Positions 20,209 through 29,853 of a DNA stretch of 58,166 nt are shown piece by piece. Both the position numbers and the translations under genes were made by a program. Source of the stretch: Candidatus Uhrbacteria bacterium (GTDB taxonomy: Bacteria > Patescibacteriota > Patescibacteriia > UBA9934); contig CALRGY010000002.1 in NCBI GenBank assembly GCA_943358395.1, forward strand, positions 1-58,166. Reading direction: 5' to 3'. Each line of letters opens with the position of its first letter. Position 1 is the first letter of the stretch. The notes beneath the pieces are model-generated. The model was not told the origin of the DNA, did no database searches, and was given only the letters and a program-made list of their open reading frames with translations.

Positions 20209-21012
20209 TTATTCGCTCACGTAAATAGCTCCAGTATTTCCACTGTCATAACTATCGAAGAAGGTGTAGGTTCCTGCTTCGGTGAAGCGGTGGGTGAAGG
20301 TAACGCCAGCGGTCATGGTGCCGGTGCCCCATGTGAGATCGTCGGCGGTGGCAGTGTGTTTTTCCGTATCTGCATTTACAAATTTTACCGTTTCCCCGGC
20401 GGCGATGGTGACATCAATAGGGCTATAGCCGTCGCTGGTGATGGTGATTGTTTCTGGATTACTCAGATCTTTATCTGTATTGATGCTTGTTGCTCCTGCG
20501 GCTTCTACGGTTTTTGAGTAACTTCCTGAGGTTTCAATAGCGCTTCCTACAGTGTAATTACTGAAGAATCCATCTGGAATATCGTCGATCATTGTGTTCC
20601 AGGTGCTGCCGTAGAGTGCAATAGCAATGGCTTCACTGGTGACGTGGCGGAGTGTTCCCCCGGCGCTGATAGCGTATGTTTTTGGATCGGTGTTGATCTT
20701 AATCATCTTTACGCCTGGCTTATACGTCACGTTTCCGCCCATTTGAATTTTTGCCAAATCCGCATCGCTGAGGGTTTTGACGGTATCAAAGTTGCTGTAC
20801 CAGGTGAAATAGGTTTTATCGTTTGGAAAAACGTACCGGAAGCCGTCTGCACCCATGTAGTACACCGCAGAGAACGATGTTCCGCGAATTAAATCGCCAG
20901 AGCTGACGGTGGATGCCGCGTGAACAGATGATGCGTTCCAAAGCTGTGCGCCGCCAAAGAGTGCAACGACGGCAAGGAAAGAGCCAAAGAAAGAAAGCGT
21001 ATGTTTGATCAT
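20209..21012 (-). CDS. Secreted protein with C-terminal cupredoxin-like domain
   Basis: Signal peptide; GDLIRG..SAVYY..DG.RYVFPN domain; GETVKFVN...HTAT...F.EAGTY. Confidence 0.8.
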   Translation of the reverse strand: MIKHTLSFFGSFLAVVALFGGAQLWNASSVHAASTVSSGDLIRGTSFSAVYYMGADGFRYVFPNDKTYFTWYSNFDTVKTLSDADLAKIQMGGNVTYKPGVKMIKINTDPKTYAISAGGTLRHVTSEAIAIALYGSTWNTMIDDIPDGFFSNYTVGSAIETSGSYSKTVEAAGATSINTDKDLSNPETITITSDGYSPIDVTIAAGETVKFVNADTEKHTATADDLTWGTGTMTAGVTFTHRFTEAGTYTFFDSYDSGNTGAIYVSE

Positions 21013-21042
21013 AGAGGGGAAGATAAGAACAAGAGTATCATA

Positions 21043-21771
21043 TCAAAGGTTGTTTTTTGGAGGAAGCGCGGCACTGTGGGTGAGTGCAAGGTACGCATTT
21101 CGTGGATGATCGGTGCCCCAAATGGCGCTTCCCGCAATAAGAGCGTTTGCCCCTGCATTGATGATATTTTGCATGTTTTCTTGAGTTACTCCGCCATCGA
21201 CTGCGATGGCGAGCGAAGGATGAATGGCGCGAATGCGGCGAATCTTTGCAAGAATCGGCTCACCAAGGAATGCGTGACCAGAATGTCCCGGTTGCACACC
21301 CATTACCAGAATACGATCGGGCAGTTGTGAAAGGACATCGATGACATCGGGTGCGGTTTCTGGGCAGAGGGCAACGCCGGTTTCTAGATCACACGCACGA
21401 ATTGCATCAAGGATCGGCGATAATGGCCTAGAAATCTCCGCATGAACAATCGCCCGAATCGTTTCCGGCACAAGTGCTTTCCACTGTTCGATGATTGGAA
21501 GAGGATTCTGAATCATGCAGTGGAGCTCGATGAATGGAACGTGATCTCTCCCCCATTTATGGGGGAGTAAGGAGGGGGCTGAAGCCGAGAGGGGGCTCTC
21601 GTGAAGAGCGGTCACTGCCGCCGCATCACAAAAACACCTTGCCCCAAACATACTTCCATCAAGAATATCGACGTGCGCTGTCATCCCCGGTTCCCAAAGC
21701 CCAGGGAACATAAGCTTCTCACGAAGCTCTTCTGCGTTTTCCGCAAGGATCGAGGGGAGAATTTCCAGCAT
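21043..21771 (-). CDS. rpe: Ribulose-phosphate 3-epimerase with in-frame repeat insertion
   Basis: ILPSIL, HVDILDG, ELHCM, MGVQPG, VDGGV, AGSAI. Confidence 0.9.
   Translation of the reverse strand: MLEILPSILAENAEELREKLMFPGLWEPGMTAHVDILDGSMFGARCFCDAAAVTALHESPLSASAPSLLPHKWGRDHVPFIELHCMIQNPLPIIEQWKALVPETIRAIVHAEISRPLSPILDAIRACDLETGVALCPETAPDVIDVLSQLPDRILVMGVQPGHSGHAFLGEPILAKIRRIRAIHPSLAIAVDGGVTQENMQNIINAGANALIAGSAIWGTDHPRNAYLALTHSAALPPKNNL
21546..21595. repeat. G/C-run short repeat inside rpe
   Basis: CTCTCCCCCATTTATGGGGGAGTAAGGAGGGGG; exact inverted copy at 46923-46955. Confidence 0.85.
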
Positions 21772-21795
21772 AGGTCATCGTTGGTCTTATTGGTC

Positions 21796-22257
21796 CTATT
21801 CCTGTACTTCGATTGCGCGAATTTCATTGACGCGCCGCATGTGCCGGGTTTCTCCCGATGGCTCCGCTGTAAGAAATGCATCCACAATAGCCATCGGCGC
21901 ATCAATAGTGCTCAGCCTGCCGGCAAGGCAGAGAATATTCCCAGTATCATTGGCACGCAGGCTCCGTGCTGCATCGATCGAAAATCCAATCCCCGCACGA
22001 ATCCCGTCAAACTTATTCGCTGCAATACACACGCCCTCTGCGCTCCCACAGATAAGGATTCCCACCGATCGTGGATTTTCCCGCACCGCCTGCGCCACCC
22101 GCGCCGCAAAAACCGGATAATCATCGCCCGGGCTAAGCTCGTGCGCACCAAGATCTTCCACTTCAAACTCACGATCATTCAAATGTCGCTTTACACTCTC
22201 CTTCAATGCAAAGCCCGCATGATCAGCACCAATGTAAATGATGGAAGGGGAAGACAT
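21796..22257 (-). CDS. rpiB: Ribose-5-phosphate isomerase B
   Basis: IGADHAGFALK, DDYP, ICGSAEG, ANKFDGIRA, RH.RRV. Confidence 0.93.
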   Translation of the reverse strand: MSSPSIIYIGADHAGFALKESVKRHLNDREFEVEDLGAHELSPGDDYPVFAARVAQAVRENPRSVGILICGSAEGVCIAANKFDGIRAGIGFSIDAARSLRANDTGNILCLAGRLSTIDAPMAIVDAFLTAEPSGETRHMRRVNEIRAIEVQE

Positions 22258-22328
22258 GAAGGAAGTATAGCCCAAGAGTGTTTGGAGTGGGCTTCGGATA
22301 TGAGACAATGATTATATTTTCCCCGAAT

Positions 22329-22895
22329 ATGATTAAAGCGATACTGAGCGATTACGATGGGGTACTCATTCCGGATGAGTATCGGGGCATTCGGACATTG
22401 TGTCCGGATGTAACGTTGCTTGAAAGAATCGAATCTGCGTACTACGCAACCGCGACGTGTACTGGTTTGTGGGAAGAGCTTCGCAACGCATTTGCGCTGA
22501 AGGAGAGTGACGATGAGCTTCGGATGCTTTACAACACAGAAGACGACGAGCAACGGCAATTCGAAGCACGGGTTCTTGATCGGTATCGTGAGATTCAGGG
22601 TGATTGCTTACTGCTCCTTCTTTCAAATCAAATTACCGATCGCGCGAATTATCTTCGCGCGCGTAATCATCTTGGATGTTTCGATACTCTGTATTTCTCT
22701 AATGAACTTGGTTTACAAAAACCTAACCCGGCAATTTTTGCCCTTGTTCTGGCACGCCACAACCTCTCTCCAGAAGAGGTCATCTTTATTGATGACGCAC
22801 AAGAGAATATCGATGCCGCGTCAGCCCTAGGTATGCAGACCATCCACTTTACCGGGATTGAGTCCCTTGATCGCATCCGATCATTGCTTTCCTAA
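22329..22895 (+). CDS. HAD family phosphatase
   Basis: DYDGV, LSN, KPNPAIF, FIDD. Confidence 0.9.
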   Translation: MIKAILSDYDGVLIPDEYRGIRTLCPDVTLLERIESAYYATATCTGLWEELRNAFALKESDDELRMLYNTEDDEQRQFEARVLDRYREIQGDCLLLLLSNQITDRANYLRARNHLGCFDTLYFSNELGLQKPNPAIFALVLARHNLSPEEVIFIDDAQENIDAASALGMQTIHFTGIESLDRIRSLLS

Positions 22896-22955
22896 AATCT
22901 CTGTTTCCTGGAGCTTTTCCGTATTTTTGAGTACTATCGACATATCATTCATAAG

Positions 22956-23080
22956 GAGGACTTTCTCATTTTCGACCAATTTCGGTGCGCAAGGAAGAAT
23001 ATTCGCGAGGTGTACTTCTCGGTACATTGAGCGAATGTTCGACGCAGCAAGCCGAAAATGGGCAAAATGAGGAAGTTCTC
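22956..23080. repeat. ~125-bp palindromic element, copy 3
   Basis: IR GAGGACTTTCTCATTTT/AAAATGAGGAAGTTCTC; core GGTGTACTTCTCGGTACATT. Confidence 0.85.
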
Positions 23081-23123
23081 ACAATTTATCGAGCTCGGCG
23101 TTCCGATGCTCCACTTGCCTGAT

Positions 23124-26057
23124 ATGCAATCACATTCTGAACAGGAAAAAGCGGTTTTGGATTCTTGGGAGAAGAATAAAATTTTTGAACGATCGGTTGA
23201 GGAACGATCGAAAGAGAAGCGATATACGTTTTACGATGGGCCGCCGTTTGCCACGGGTTTGCCGCATTATGGGAGCATTTTGCCGTCGGTGATTAAAGAT
23301 GTTGTTCCACGATATTGGACGATGAAGGGCTATAGGGTGGAGCGGGTGTGGGGTTGGGATTGTCATGGAGTGCCGATTGAAAACATGATCGAGCAGGAAT
23401 TGGGATTAAAAGGCGGGAAGAAGGGTATTGAAGAGCTGGGAATTGATAAGTTTAATGCGGCGTGCCGTGCGGCGATTTTGCGGTTCGATAAGGAATGGGA
23501 GGTGATTATCAAACGTGTTGGCCGTTGGGTCGACTTCAAGCATTCGTATAAAACCATGGACAACACGTTCATGGAAAGTGTGTGGTGGGGATTTAAGCAG
23601 CTGCACGAAAAGAATCTTGTCCGTGAAGGCAAACGAGTTATTTTGTACTGTCCGCGCTGCGCAACTCCACTCAGCAACTTCGAAATCGCGATGGACAACT
23701 CGTACAAGGACGTTGAAGACAATTCGTTGTACGTGAAATTTAAGCGAAAAGATGCAGAGAATGAATATTTCTTGGCGTGGACGACGACGCCATGGACGCT
23801 CCCCGGCAACGTCGGCTTAGCTGTCGACCGCGATGCGGAATACGTGAAAGTGCAGACCGGCGATGAGTTCGTCTGGATGGCGAAGCAGTGTATGGAGAGA
23901 ACCCTCCCCCTTTTCAAGGGGGAGTCGGAGGGGGTCTCGAATGGCGTCGTGATTGAATCCCTCCCTGGATCCTCTCTCCTCAACATCGAATACGAGCCCC
24001 TCTATTCCTACATGCCCACCGAGGGCAAAAAGGCGCATTACATTCTGCCGGCAACGTTCGTTTCCCTCGACGATGGATCCGGAATTGTTCATACGGCTGC
24101 CGTGTTCGGTGAAGACGACTATAAGCTTGCGCAAGAGTTCGATCTTCCATGTGTTCCCACTCTCGATGACCAAGGTCGGTTCCTTGATATCGTTGAGCCA
24201 CTCAAGGGTGTGTTCTACAAAAAAGGTGAGCAGTGGGTGATCGACGATCTGACGAGCAGGAATTTGGTGTGGTCGTCGACGAAGTTTATGCACTCGTATC
24301 CGATGTGCTATCGATGCTCGACTCCGTTGTATTACAACGCGGTGCCAGCATGGTTCATCGATGTGCAGTCGTTGAAACCGGAGTTGATTGCGCAGAACGA
24401 AAACATTAATTGGTACCCAGAGCACCTCAAGAAAGGGAGATTCGGCAAAGGTCTTGAAACCGCACCAGATTGGAACATTTCTCGCTCTCGGTACTGGGGA
24501 ACGCCAATGCCAGTATGGGTGGCAGAAGATGGCACACGCCGTGTTCTCGGTTCATTCGATGAGTTGAAGACATGGGCGGTTGATCCTTCGTGTGTTGAAA
24601 CGCTCACCGATTATCATCGTGAGTTTATTGACCCCATCGAGGTATGGGTTGACGATGCAAAAACGAAGAAGGGCAAGCGCATTCCAGAAGTGTTTGATTG
24701 CTGGGTGGAGTCTGGCTCTATGCCATTCGCCGCAATCCACGCGCCGTTTGAGAATAAGGAACAGTTCGATCACGCATTCCCAGCGCAATTCATCACGGAG
24801 TACATTGCGCAGACCAGAGCATGGTTTTATGTCATGCATGTCATGTCGGTAGCGCTCTTCGGCAAGAATTCGTATGAAAACGTGTTGACGACGGGAACGA
24901 TTCTCGCTGCGGACGGATCGAAGATGAGTAAGTCAAAGAAGAATTATCCTGATCCCACGATTCTTATCGAAAAGCACAGCGCGGATGCTCTTCGATTCTA
25001 TTTGATGTCTCAGCCGTTGGTGAATGGAGAAAATCTGTTGTTCAACGAATCCGGGGTCGAGGAGGTCTCCAAAAAGTTCATCACCATCATGAAGAACGTG
25101 GTGTCGTTCTACGGTTTGTACAAGGAGCACGATGATGGTCGTGAACCATCGAACATGCACGTGCTCGACCAATGGATCACGGCACGGATCGATGAGACGC
25201 TTGAGGCGGAGACCGCCGCCATCGAACGCTACGACCTTTCCGATGCCGCCCGATCCCTCCAATCCTTCGTCACCGATCTTTCCACATGGTACGTTCGCCG
25301 TTCGCGTGATCGCGTGAAGAATAGTGGCGACGATCGCGCTGAAGCGCTTGCGACTCTCCGATCGACCCTCACCACCTTCTCAAAGATGCTCGCGCCATTC
25401 ATGCCGTTCCTAGCAGAAATGATGTACCGCGATGTTGCCGGTGCCTCCGAATCCGATTCGGTTCACCTTCAGTCGTGGCCTCAGACGAGTACGCGACCTC
25501 TCCCCCTTTATAAGGGGGAGTCGGAGGGGGTGGGGAGTAAGGGGGAGGTCGTGACAGCGATGGGCGAAGCCCGCGCCATCGTTTCCCGCGTGATGGAGGC
25601 TCGCGACAATGCTGGCCGTTCCGTGAAACAAGCGCTTGGATCGATGAAAATTACGACGCCGACCGGAGCTATCGAACCAGGAATTCTCGAAGTGATTCTT
25701 GATGAGGTTAATGTAAAGACTGCAACAGTGGTGAAGGGTGCTGAGCTTGCGGTCGATGTCGATACTACACTTACCCCAGCATTGATCCGCGAAGGCATGG
25801 CACGTGAGGTAACTCGTCGGGTGAATGGGATGCGTAAAGAGGCGGGGATGACCATTGCGGATCGCATTGTCCTCCGCGTGTTCTCGGTAAGCGACGAGGT
25901 CAAGATGATGTTTGAGGAGTACAAAGATTCTCTTCAAGCCGACACCCTCTCGTCATCGGTCGCATGGGACCAATGCGACCCATCAGATTCTTCCGCAATC
26001 ACTCAATCCTTCCGCGTTGCAGAACAGGACATCACGATTGGATTTATACGAGCATAG
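23124..26057 (+). CDS. ileS: Isoleucine--tRNA ligase, type 2
   Basis: FYDGPPFATGLPHYG, GWDCHG, WTTTPWTLP, DWNISRSRYWGTP, KMSKS; type-2 C-terminus EGMARE..R..N.MRK. Confidence 0.97.
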   Translation: MQSHSEQEKAVLDSWEKNKIFERSVEERSKEKRYTFYDGPPFATGLPHYGSILPSVIKDVVPRYWTMKGYRVERVWGWDCHGVPIENMIEQELGLKGGKKGIEELGIDKFNAACRAAILRFDKEWEVIIKRVGRWVDFKHSYKTMDNTFMESVWWGFKQLHEKNLVREGKRVILYCPRCATPLSNFEIAMDNSYKDVEDNSLYVKFKRKDAENEYFLAWTTTPWTLPGNVGLAVDRDAEYVKVQTGDEFVWMAKQCMERTLPLFKGESEGVSNGVVIESLPGSSLLNIEYEPLYSYMPTEGKKAHYILPATFVSLDDGSGIVHTAAVFGEDDYKLAQEFDLPCVPTLDDQGRFLDIVEPLKGVFYKKGEQWVIDDLTSRNLVWSSTKFMHSYPMCYRCSTPLYYNAVPAWFIDVQSLKPELIAQNENINWYPEHLKKGRFGKGLETAPDWNISRSRYWGTPMPVWVAEDGTRRVLGSFDELKTWAVDPSCVETLTDYHREFIDPIEVWVDDAKTKKGKRIPEVFDCWVESGSMPFAAIHAPFENKEQFDHAFPAQFITEYIAQTRAWFYVMHVMSVALFGKNSYENVLTTGTILAADGSKMSKSKKNYPDPTILIEKHSADALRFYLMSQPLVNGENLLFNESGVEEVSKKFITIMKNVVSFYGLYKEHDDGREPSNMHVLDQWITARIDETLEAETAAIERYDLSDAARSLQSFVTDLSTWYVRRSRDRVKNSGDDRAEALATLRSTLTTFSKMLAPFMPFLAEMMYRDVAGASESDSVHLQSWPQTSTRPLPLYKGESEGVGSKGEVVTAMGEARAIVSRVMEARDNAGRSVKQALGSMKITTPTGAIEPGILEVILDEVNVKTATVVKGAELAVDVDTTLTPALIREGMAREVTRRVNGMRKEAGMTIADRIVLRVFSVSDEVKMMFEEYKDSLQADTLSSSVAWDQCDPSDSSAITQSFRVAEQDITIGFIRA

Positions 26058-26060
26058 AAT

Positions 26061-26190
26061 GGCTAATATTAGCCAAATACTATTGACAAAACCGTGATTT
26101 TGTGGCATAGTAACGCCATGGACAGTCGTATCTGCCGAAGAAAAGAAGGTTCATGAAAATCAAAACTCCCGCCCTTCGGCGGGAGTTTTG
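26061..26190 (+). promoter_or_regulatory. Promoter-palindrome-terminator module, copy A
   Basis: GGCTAATATTAGCC, TTGACA-17-CATAGT, ATGGACAGTCGTATCT, hairpin CAAAACTCCCGCCCTTCGGCGGGAGTTTTG. Confidence 0.7.
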
Positions 26191-26208
26191 TTGTAGAATA
26201 TATGTCTT

Positions 26209-26553
26209 ATGCGGGGAATCCATGTGTTCGGGGAGCTTTCTGGATGCGACTCTTCGACATTGATCGATATCGATAGCGTTTTGCGTCGTGTGCGGGAGAT
26301 CATCGATTCGGCGGGGCTGTCTCGAGTTTCAGAAGCGATGCACGTTTTTCCAAATGGTGGGTATACATTTGTGATTTGCCTTGCAGAGTCGCATCTTGCG
26401 GTGCATACGTGGGTCGACGAGCGATTGGTAACGTTAGATGTTTTTATGTGCAACGTCACGAAAGATCATTCGGCGGATGCGCAGAGAGTGTTCGACGAGG
26501 TTTCAGTAGTATTTCATCCAGAACACCGTCATGTGCAAACGGTGGAGCGTTAA
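26209..26553 (+). CDS. speD: S-adenosylmethionine decarboxylase proenzyme
   Basis: H.F.NGG.T....LAESHLAVHTW.....LDVFMC pyruvoyl signature. Confidence 0.9.
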   Translation: MRGIHVFGELSGCDSSTLIDIDSVLRRVREIIDSAGLSRVSEAMHVFPNGGYTFVICLAESHLAVHTWVDERLVTLDVFMCNVTKDHSADAQRVFDEVSVVFHPEHRHVQTVER

Positions 26554-28073
26554 CGCTGAAACCATCGTTGCCAACCCTCATCGTAGAGACGGACGAGAAT
26601 TTGATTATCGAGTGTGTTGATTGCGGTATCGATCTTTTGCATATCGGTATCGAGCACAAAGAGCGTTGGGAGAATGTCTGGCGTGAGGTATTTTGTCGGC
26701 ACATCAATGGTGAACGAAGGCAGAGTGGTGTTGGACGCAAGAACAAACCCCCATGGGCCAAATGACGGAACATTCACGGTATACGGCAGAACAGTGCCGA
26801 AGACTGCATTGAGTGTATTGGCAATGCACCAATAGGCAGAACGCGAAAAGTACGGAGACGTTGCTTGCGTCACAACGGTGCCACCAACGGCAAGATGTTG
26901 CGCAACGAGTCTGTAGAATTCCGTAGTGTAGAGCTTTCCGAGCGCGATGTCGTTCGGGTCAGGGAGATCGATGAGAATCACGGAGTATCGTTCATTCGTT
27001 TGCTCAAGATACGTTTGTGCATCTTGGTTGACGACGGTAACTTTTGGATTTTGAAGCGCATGCTCGTTTAATGCGACGATAAGGGGGTGGGCTGTTCCCA
27101 GTGCGGTCATTGCAGGATCGAGATCGACAAGAGTTACACGTCGAACTTCTGAATAGTTGAGAACTTCTCGTGCCGCTAAACCGTCACCGCCACCAAGAAT
27201 AAGAACGGATTCGCGTGTTGCCGCGGCGCTCATCGGAATATGAACGAGCGCTTCATGGTAGCGATATTCGTCGATACTGCTGAATTGTAAACTTCCATTG
27301 AGGAATAATCGAAGATCGTCGTGGAATTGTGTGAGAACGATATTTTGATAGAGCGATTGTTTGGAATAGAGGATTTCATCGCTATAGAGCTTTTGTTCAA
27401 AGAACGATACTGCCGGTGCGGTAAAAGAAACACCGATGAAAAGAAAAACGGCAGCAAAGAGCGTTGCGATGCCAAGGCGTTTGCCGTGAGCGATGTGTGA
27501 GCGGAACGCAAAGAGGGTTATTGCCGCGGCGATAATGTTGATGATGCCAATGGCAAAGGCGGATCGCATCAATCCAAGTTGCGGTAACAAGAAGAGTGCA
27601 AAGGCAACTGACGCAAGAAGTGATCCAAGATAATCGGCAGTAAACACGTGGGCGACGGCATGGGAAAGCTTTTGATGTTGCTCAACGATGCGGGTCATGA
27701 TGGGAATTTCAAAGCCGATCAGTGTACCAATCGCGCCGATGGAGAGTAGGACGCAGAAGTAAAAATAGGGCGTAAATGTGAACGCCGCATAAAGAAAGAG
27801 CGTTGAAAATCCACCAACGATACTCAAGAGAATTTCAATGAAAATAAATTTTTCCAGCAAACGGTGCTCGATGCGCTTTGAGAGCAGTGATCCGAATCCC
27901 ATGAAGGAAAGAAAGAGCCCGATGGTGAGCGAAAAATGCGTAATGCTATTCCCAAGAAAATACGACGAAACACTGCCCATGAGCAGTTCATAGGCGAGTG
28001 CGCACATGGCAACGAGAAATGTCGATGCAAGCAATGCGCCAACCTTCCGGTACGACGACGTTTCGGTTGGCAT
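26550..28073 (-). CDS. speE: Membrane-bound polyamine aminopropyltransferase (spermidine synthase-like)
   Basis: N-terminal TM region; DEYRYHEALVH, LILGGGDG, VDLDP, IDLPDP, VPSFGPWGF. Confidence 0.92.
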   Translation of the reverse strand: MPTETSSYRKVGALLASTFLVAMCALAYELLMGSVSSYFLGNSITHFSLTIGLFLSFMGFGSLLSKRIEHRLLEKFIFIEILLSIVGGFSTLFLYAAFTFTPYFYFCVLLSIGAIGTLIGFEIPIMTRIVEQHQKLSHAVAHVFTADYLGSLLASVAFALFLLPQLGLMRSAFAIGIINIIAAAITLFAFRSHIAHGKRLGIATLFAAVFLFIGVSFTAPAVSFFEQKLYSDEILYSKQSLYQNIVLTQFHDDLRLFLNGSLQFSSIDEYRYHEALVHIPMSAAATRESVLILGGGDGLAAREVLNYSEVRRVTLVDLDPAMTALGTAHPLIVALNEHALQNPKVTVVNQDAQTYLEQTNERYSVILIDLPDPNDIALGKLYTTEFYRLVAQHLAVGGTVVTQATSPYFSRSAYWCIANTLNAVFGTVLPYTVNVPSFGPWGFVLASNTTLPSFTIDVPTKYLTPDILPTLFVLDTDMQKIDTAINTLDNQILVRLYDEGWQRWFQR

Positions 28074-28079
28074 AGAGCG

Positions 28080-28292
28080 TTATCCGTGAATGGCAGCGGC
28101 GATAATGATGCATGTGCCAAGAATGCCGCTCCCAACCACAATCGCAAGGGCGGTGTTTTGATCCTTCGCGAGCTGTTTGCCTAAATGACCAGGCGTCATC
28201 ATGTCCATCACAAAGAACGATACTAATGCTAACGCGAGACCAATGGCACCAAAGAGCACAGATTCAAGGACACTGATCCAAAGAAGGTCCAT
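28080..28292 (-). CDS. DUF350 membrane protein
   Basis: D.MTPG.L..QL....N.ALAIV.....G..IIIAAAIHG. Confidence 0.88.
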   Translation of the reverse strand: MDLLWISVLESVLFGAIGLALALVSFFVMDMMTPGHLGKQLAKDQNTALAIVVGSGILGTCIIIAAAIHG

Positions 28293-28300
28293 ATAAAGGT

Positions 28301-28454
28301 TTAGGACTTTCTCATTTTAGGATAGTTTCGATGAAGATCGAGGAAAATTCGTAAGACGTACTTCATGGTACGTTGAACGATTTTCCGATGATCTGACCCC
28401 GCCGTTCGCGAACAGCGGGGTGAGTCGAAAATAGACAAAATGAGGAAGGACTAA
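28301..28454. repeat. ~125-bp palindromic element, copy 4, with one nested 24-bp hairpin
   Basis: IR TTAGGACTTTCTCATTTT/AAAATGAGGAAGGACTAA; insert 28397-28420 between TGA repeats. Confidence 0.88.
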
Positions 28455-28456
28455 GA

Positions 28457-28675
28457 TTATTTTCCAACGTCGGTTCCTCCGCCCGTTGTACTGCGTGAAT
28501 TAAAAATGCTGCGTAGCCCTCGGCGTGACGACGAAGATGTGCACGGAACGGTGGTGACCGTTCCATCTTCTGCGGTGGTGGTACAAGGTTGCCGATCGCT
28601 CCACATCCATGACCCTATGATGGCTGCGCCACCAAGACCAAGCACAGCAAGAAGAGTTTTCACATTGAATGGCAT
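28457..28675 (-). CDS. Small membrane-anchored protein of the DUF350/speE cluster
   Basis: TM helix, Ser/Arg/Gly-rich tail ending GGGTDVGK. Confidence 0.65.
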   Translation of the reverse strand: MPFNVKTLLAVLGLGGAAIIGSWMWSDRQPCTTTAEDGTVTTVPCTSSSSRRGLRSIFNSRSTTGGGTDVGK

Positions 28676-28728
28676 ATGCAGGAAAAGTATACCGTACAAT
28701 TTTCCTTCATGTTGAATAGTATTTATTT

Positions 28729-28988
28729 GGCTAATATTAGCCGAATACTATTGACAAAAGTCCATTTTTATGGCATAGTAACGCCATGGACAGTCGTATC
28801 TAGTCGGGCTTTCGCCTTTCGCCTTTGGTCTCTTTTCGAATCAGCTCATCGGAAACGTCTTCAACGTACCAAGAAGTACGTCTCAGACGATTTCCTCGAT
28901 CTTCATCGAAAATAGCCTCAAATGCGGAACCCCTATCACGCATACACATCGAGATCACCAAAACTCCCGCCCTTCGGCGGGAGTTTTG
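28729..28988 (+). promoter_or_regulatory. Promoter-palindrome-terminator module, copy B (contains repeat copy 5)
   Basis: Same palindrome, -35/-10, first transcribed bases and 30-bp hairpin as 26061-26190. Confidence 0.7.
28805..28934. repeat. ~125-bp palindromic element, copy 5
   Basis: Core TCAACGTACCAAGAAGTACGTCTC; arms similar to copies 4 and 7. Confidence 0.8.
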
Positions 28989-29001
28989 GTACACTAGAGC
29001 C

Positions 29002-29853
29002 ATGTCTCTTGATTCACTGACGAGCTTGATTATTTCTCCACGGAACGACGTTGAGTCGATGACGATTGTTGCGCTTGCGGAGGCATTGCATATTCCGTGC
29101 ATTGTTTCGGCACAGCCACATGGGGCAACGCTGGATGTTGAGCCTGGATTGATTGATCGTATTCGGGAGGCGAATCCGGTGGCGCACGACATCGTGATTG
29201 TTGAAATGCCCAGCATTGCAAAGGAAGATGCGCTGCGTGAGCTGGGGTTTGATGTGCATATCGTCGACCATCATCGGTACGAAACGCTCGATAGAATGCA
29301 GAAGGAAAGCTCGTTGGAGCAGGTGCGAGCACTTTTTGACATGAACGATGCAGCGGTTGCTGCTGCGGGATTTGATCCAGTGTTGATTCGTGGTGTGGGG
29401 CTCATCGATCGTGGATTTGTGTGGGAATTAGCAAAAGAGCATGTACCCGAGGCTGATCGCAAGCGGATGATTGCATATTATCGTGCGCAAAATACGATAC
29501 TCGATCCAGATCAGATACAGGGAGAGCGTGCCGCAAAGAAGGCGTGGGATGCGCGAAGCGTGATCGAAGGTGTGATCGTCGTTTCTGTCACCGATCCCGC
29601 ATTGCGGATTCGTGAATCCCTTTCATTTCTTGCCGCAGAAGCATTCGCGGAGGCTCCGGCAACGATCATTCATCAGCCTGGGCGTATGGCATATATGCAA
29701 GAAACATCTACGGCATCGGTATTGCAGCGTACCTTTGGCGGATTCACATTTGGACAAGATTTGTGTTGGGGAAAACCGGTGGATGCGCAGGGGAATATTC
29801 CAAGCGTCGAAGAAATTCTTGCCGCGCACCACTTGGCACTGATGACGCGATGA
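29002..29853 (+). CDS. Hypothetical protein (possible DHH-fold)
   Basis: ATG 6 nt after TACACT; ND.E and IVDHH motifs. Confidence 0.7.
   Translation: MSLDSLTSLIISPRNDVESMTIVALAEALHIPCIVSAQPHGATLDVEPGLIDRIREANPVAHDIVIVEMPSIAKEDALRELGFDVHIVDHHRYETLDRMQKESSLEQVRALFDMNDAAVAAAGFDPVLIRGVGLIDRGFVWELAKEHVPEADRKRMIAYYRAQNTILDPDQIQGERAAKKAWDARSVIEGVIVVSVTDPALRIRESLSFLAAEAFAEAPATIIHQPGRMAYMQETSTASVLQRTFGGFTFGQDLCWGKPVDAQGNIPSVEEILAAHHLALMTR

Noticed and set aside
26112..26190. SAM riboswitch upstream of speD
   Set aside because: No recognisable SAM aptamer consensus, and the same module recurs before an unrelated gene
28825..29001. N-terminal ORF extensions through repeats (also 19028-19171, 23058-23123, 43216-43284, 54095-54259)
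   Set aside because: They translate repeat DNA; homology or a -10 box supports the downstream start
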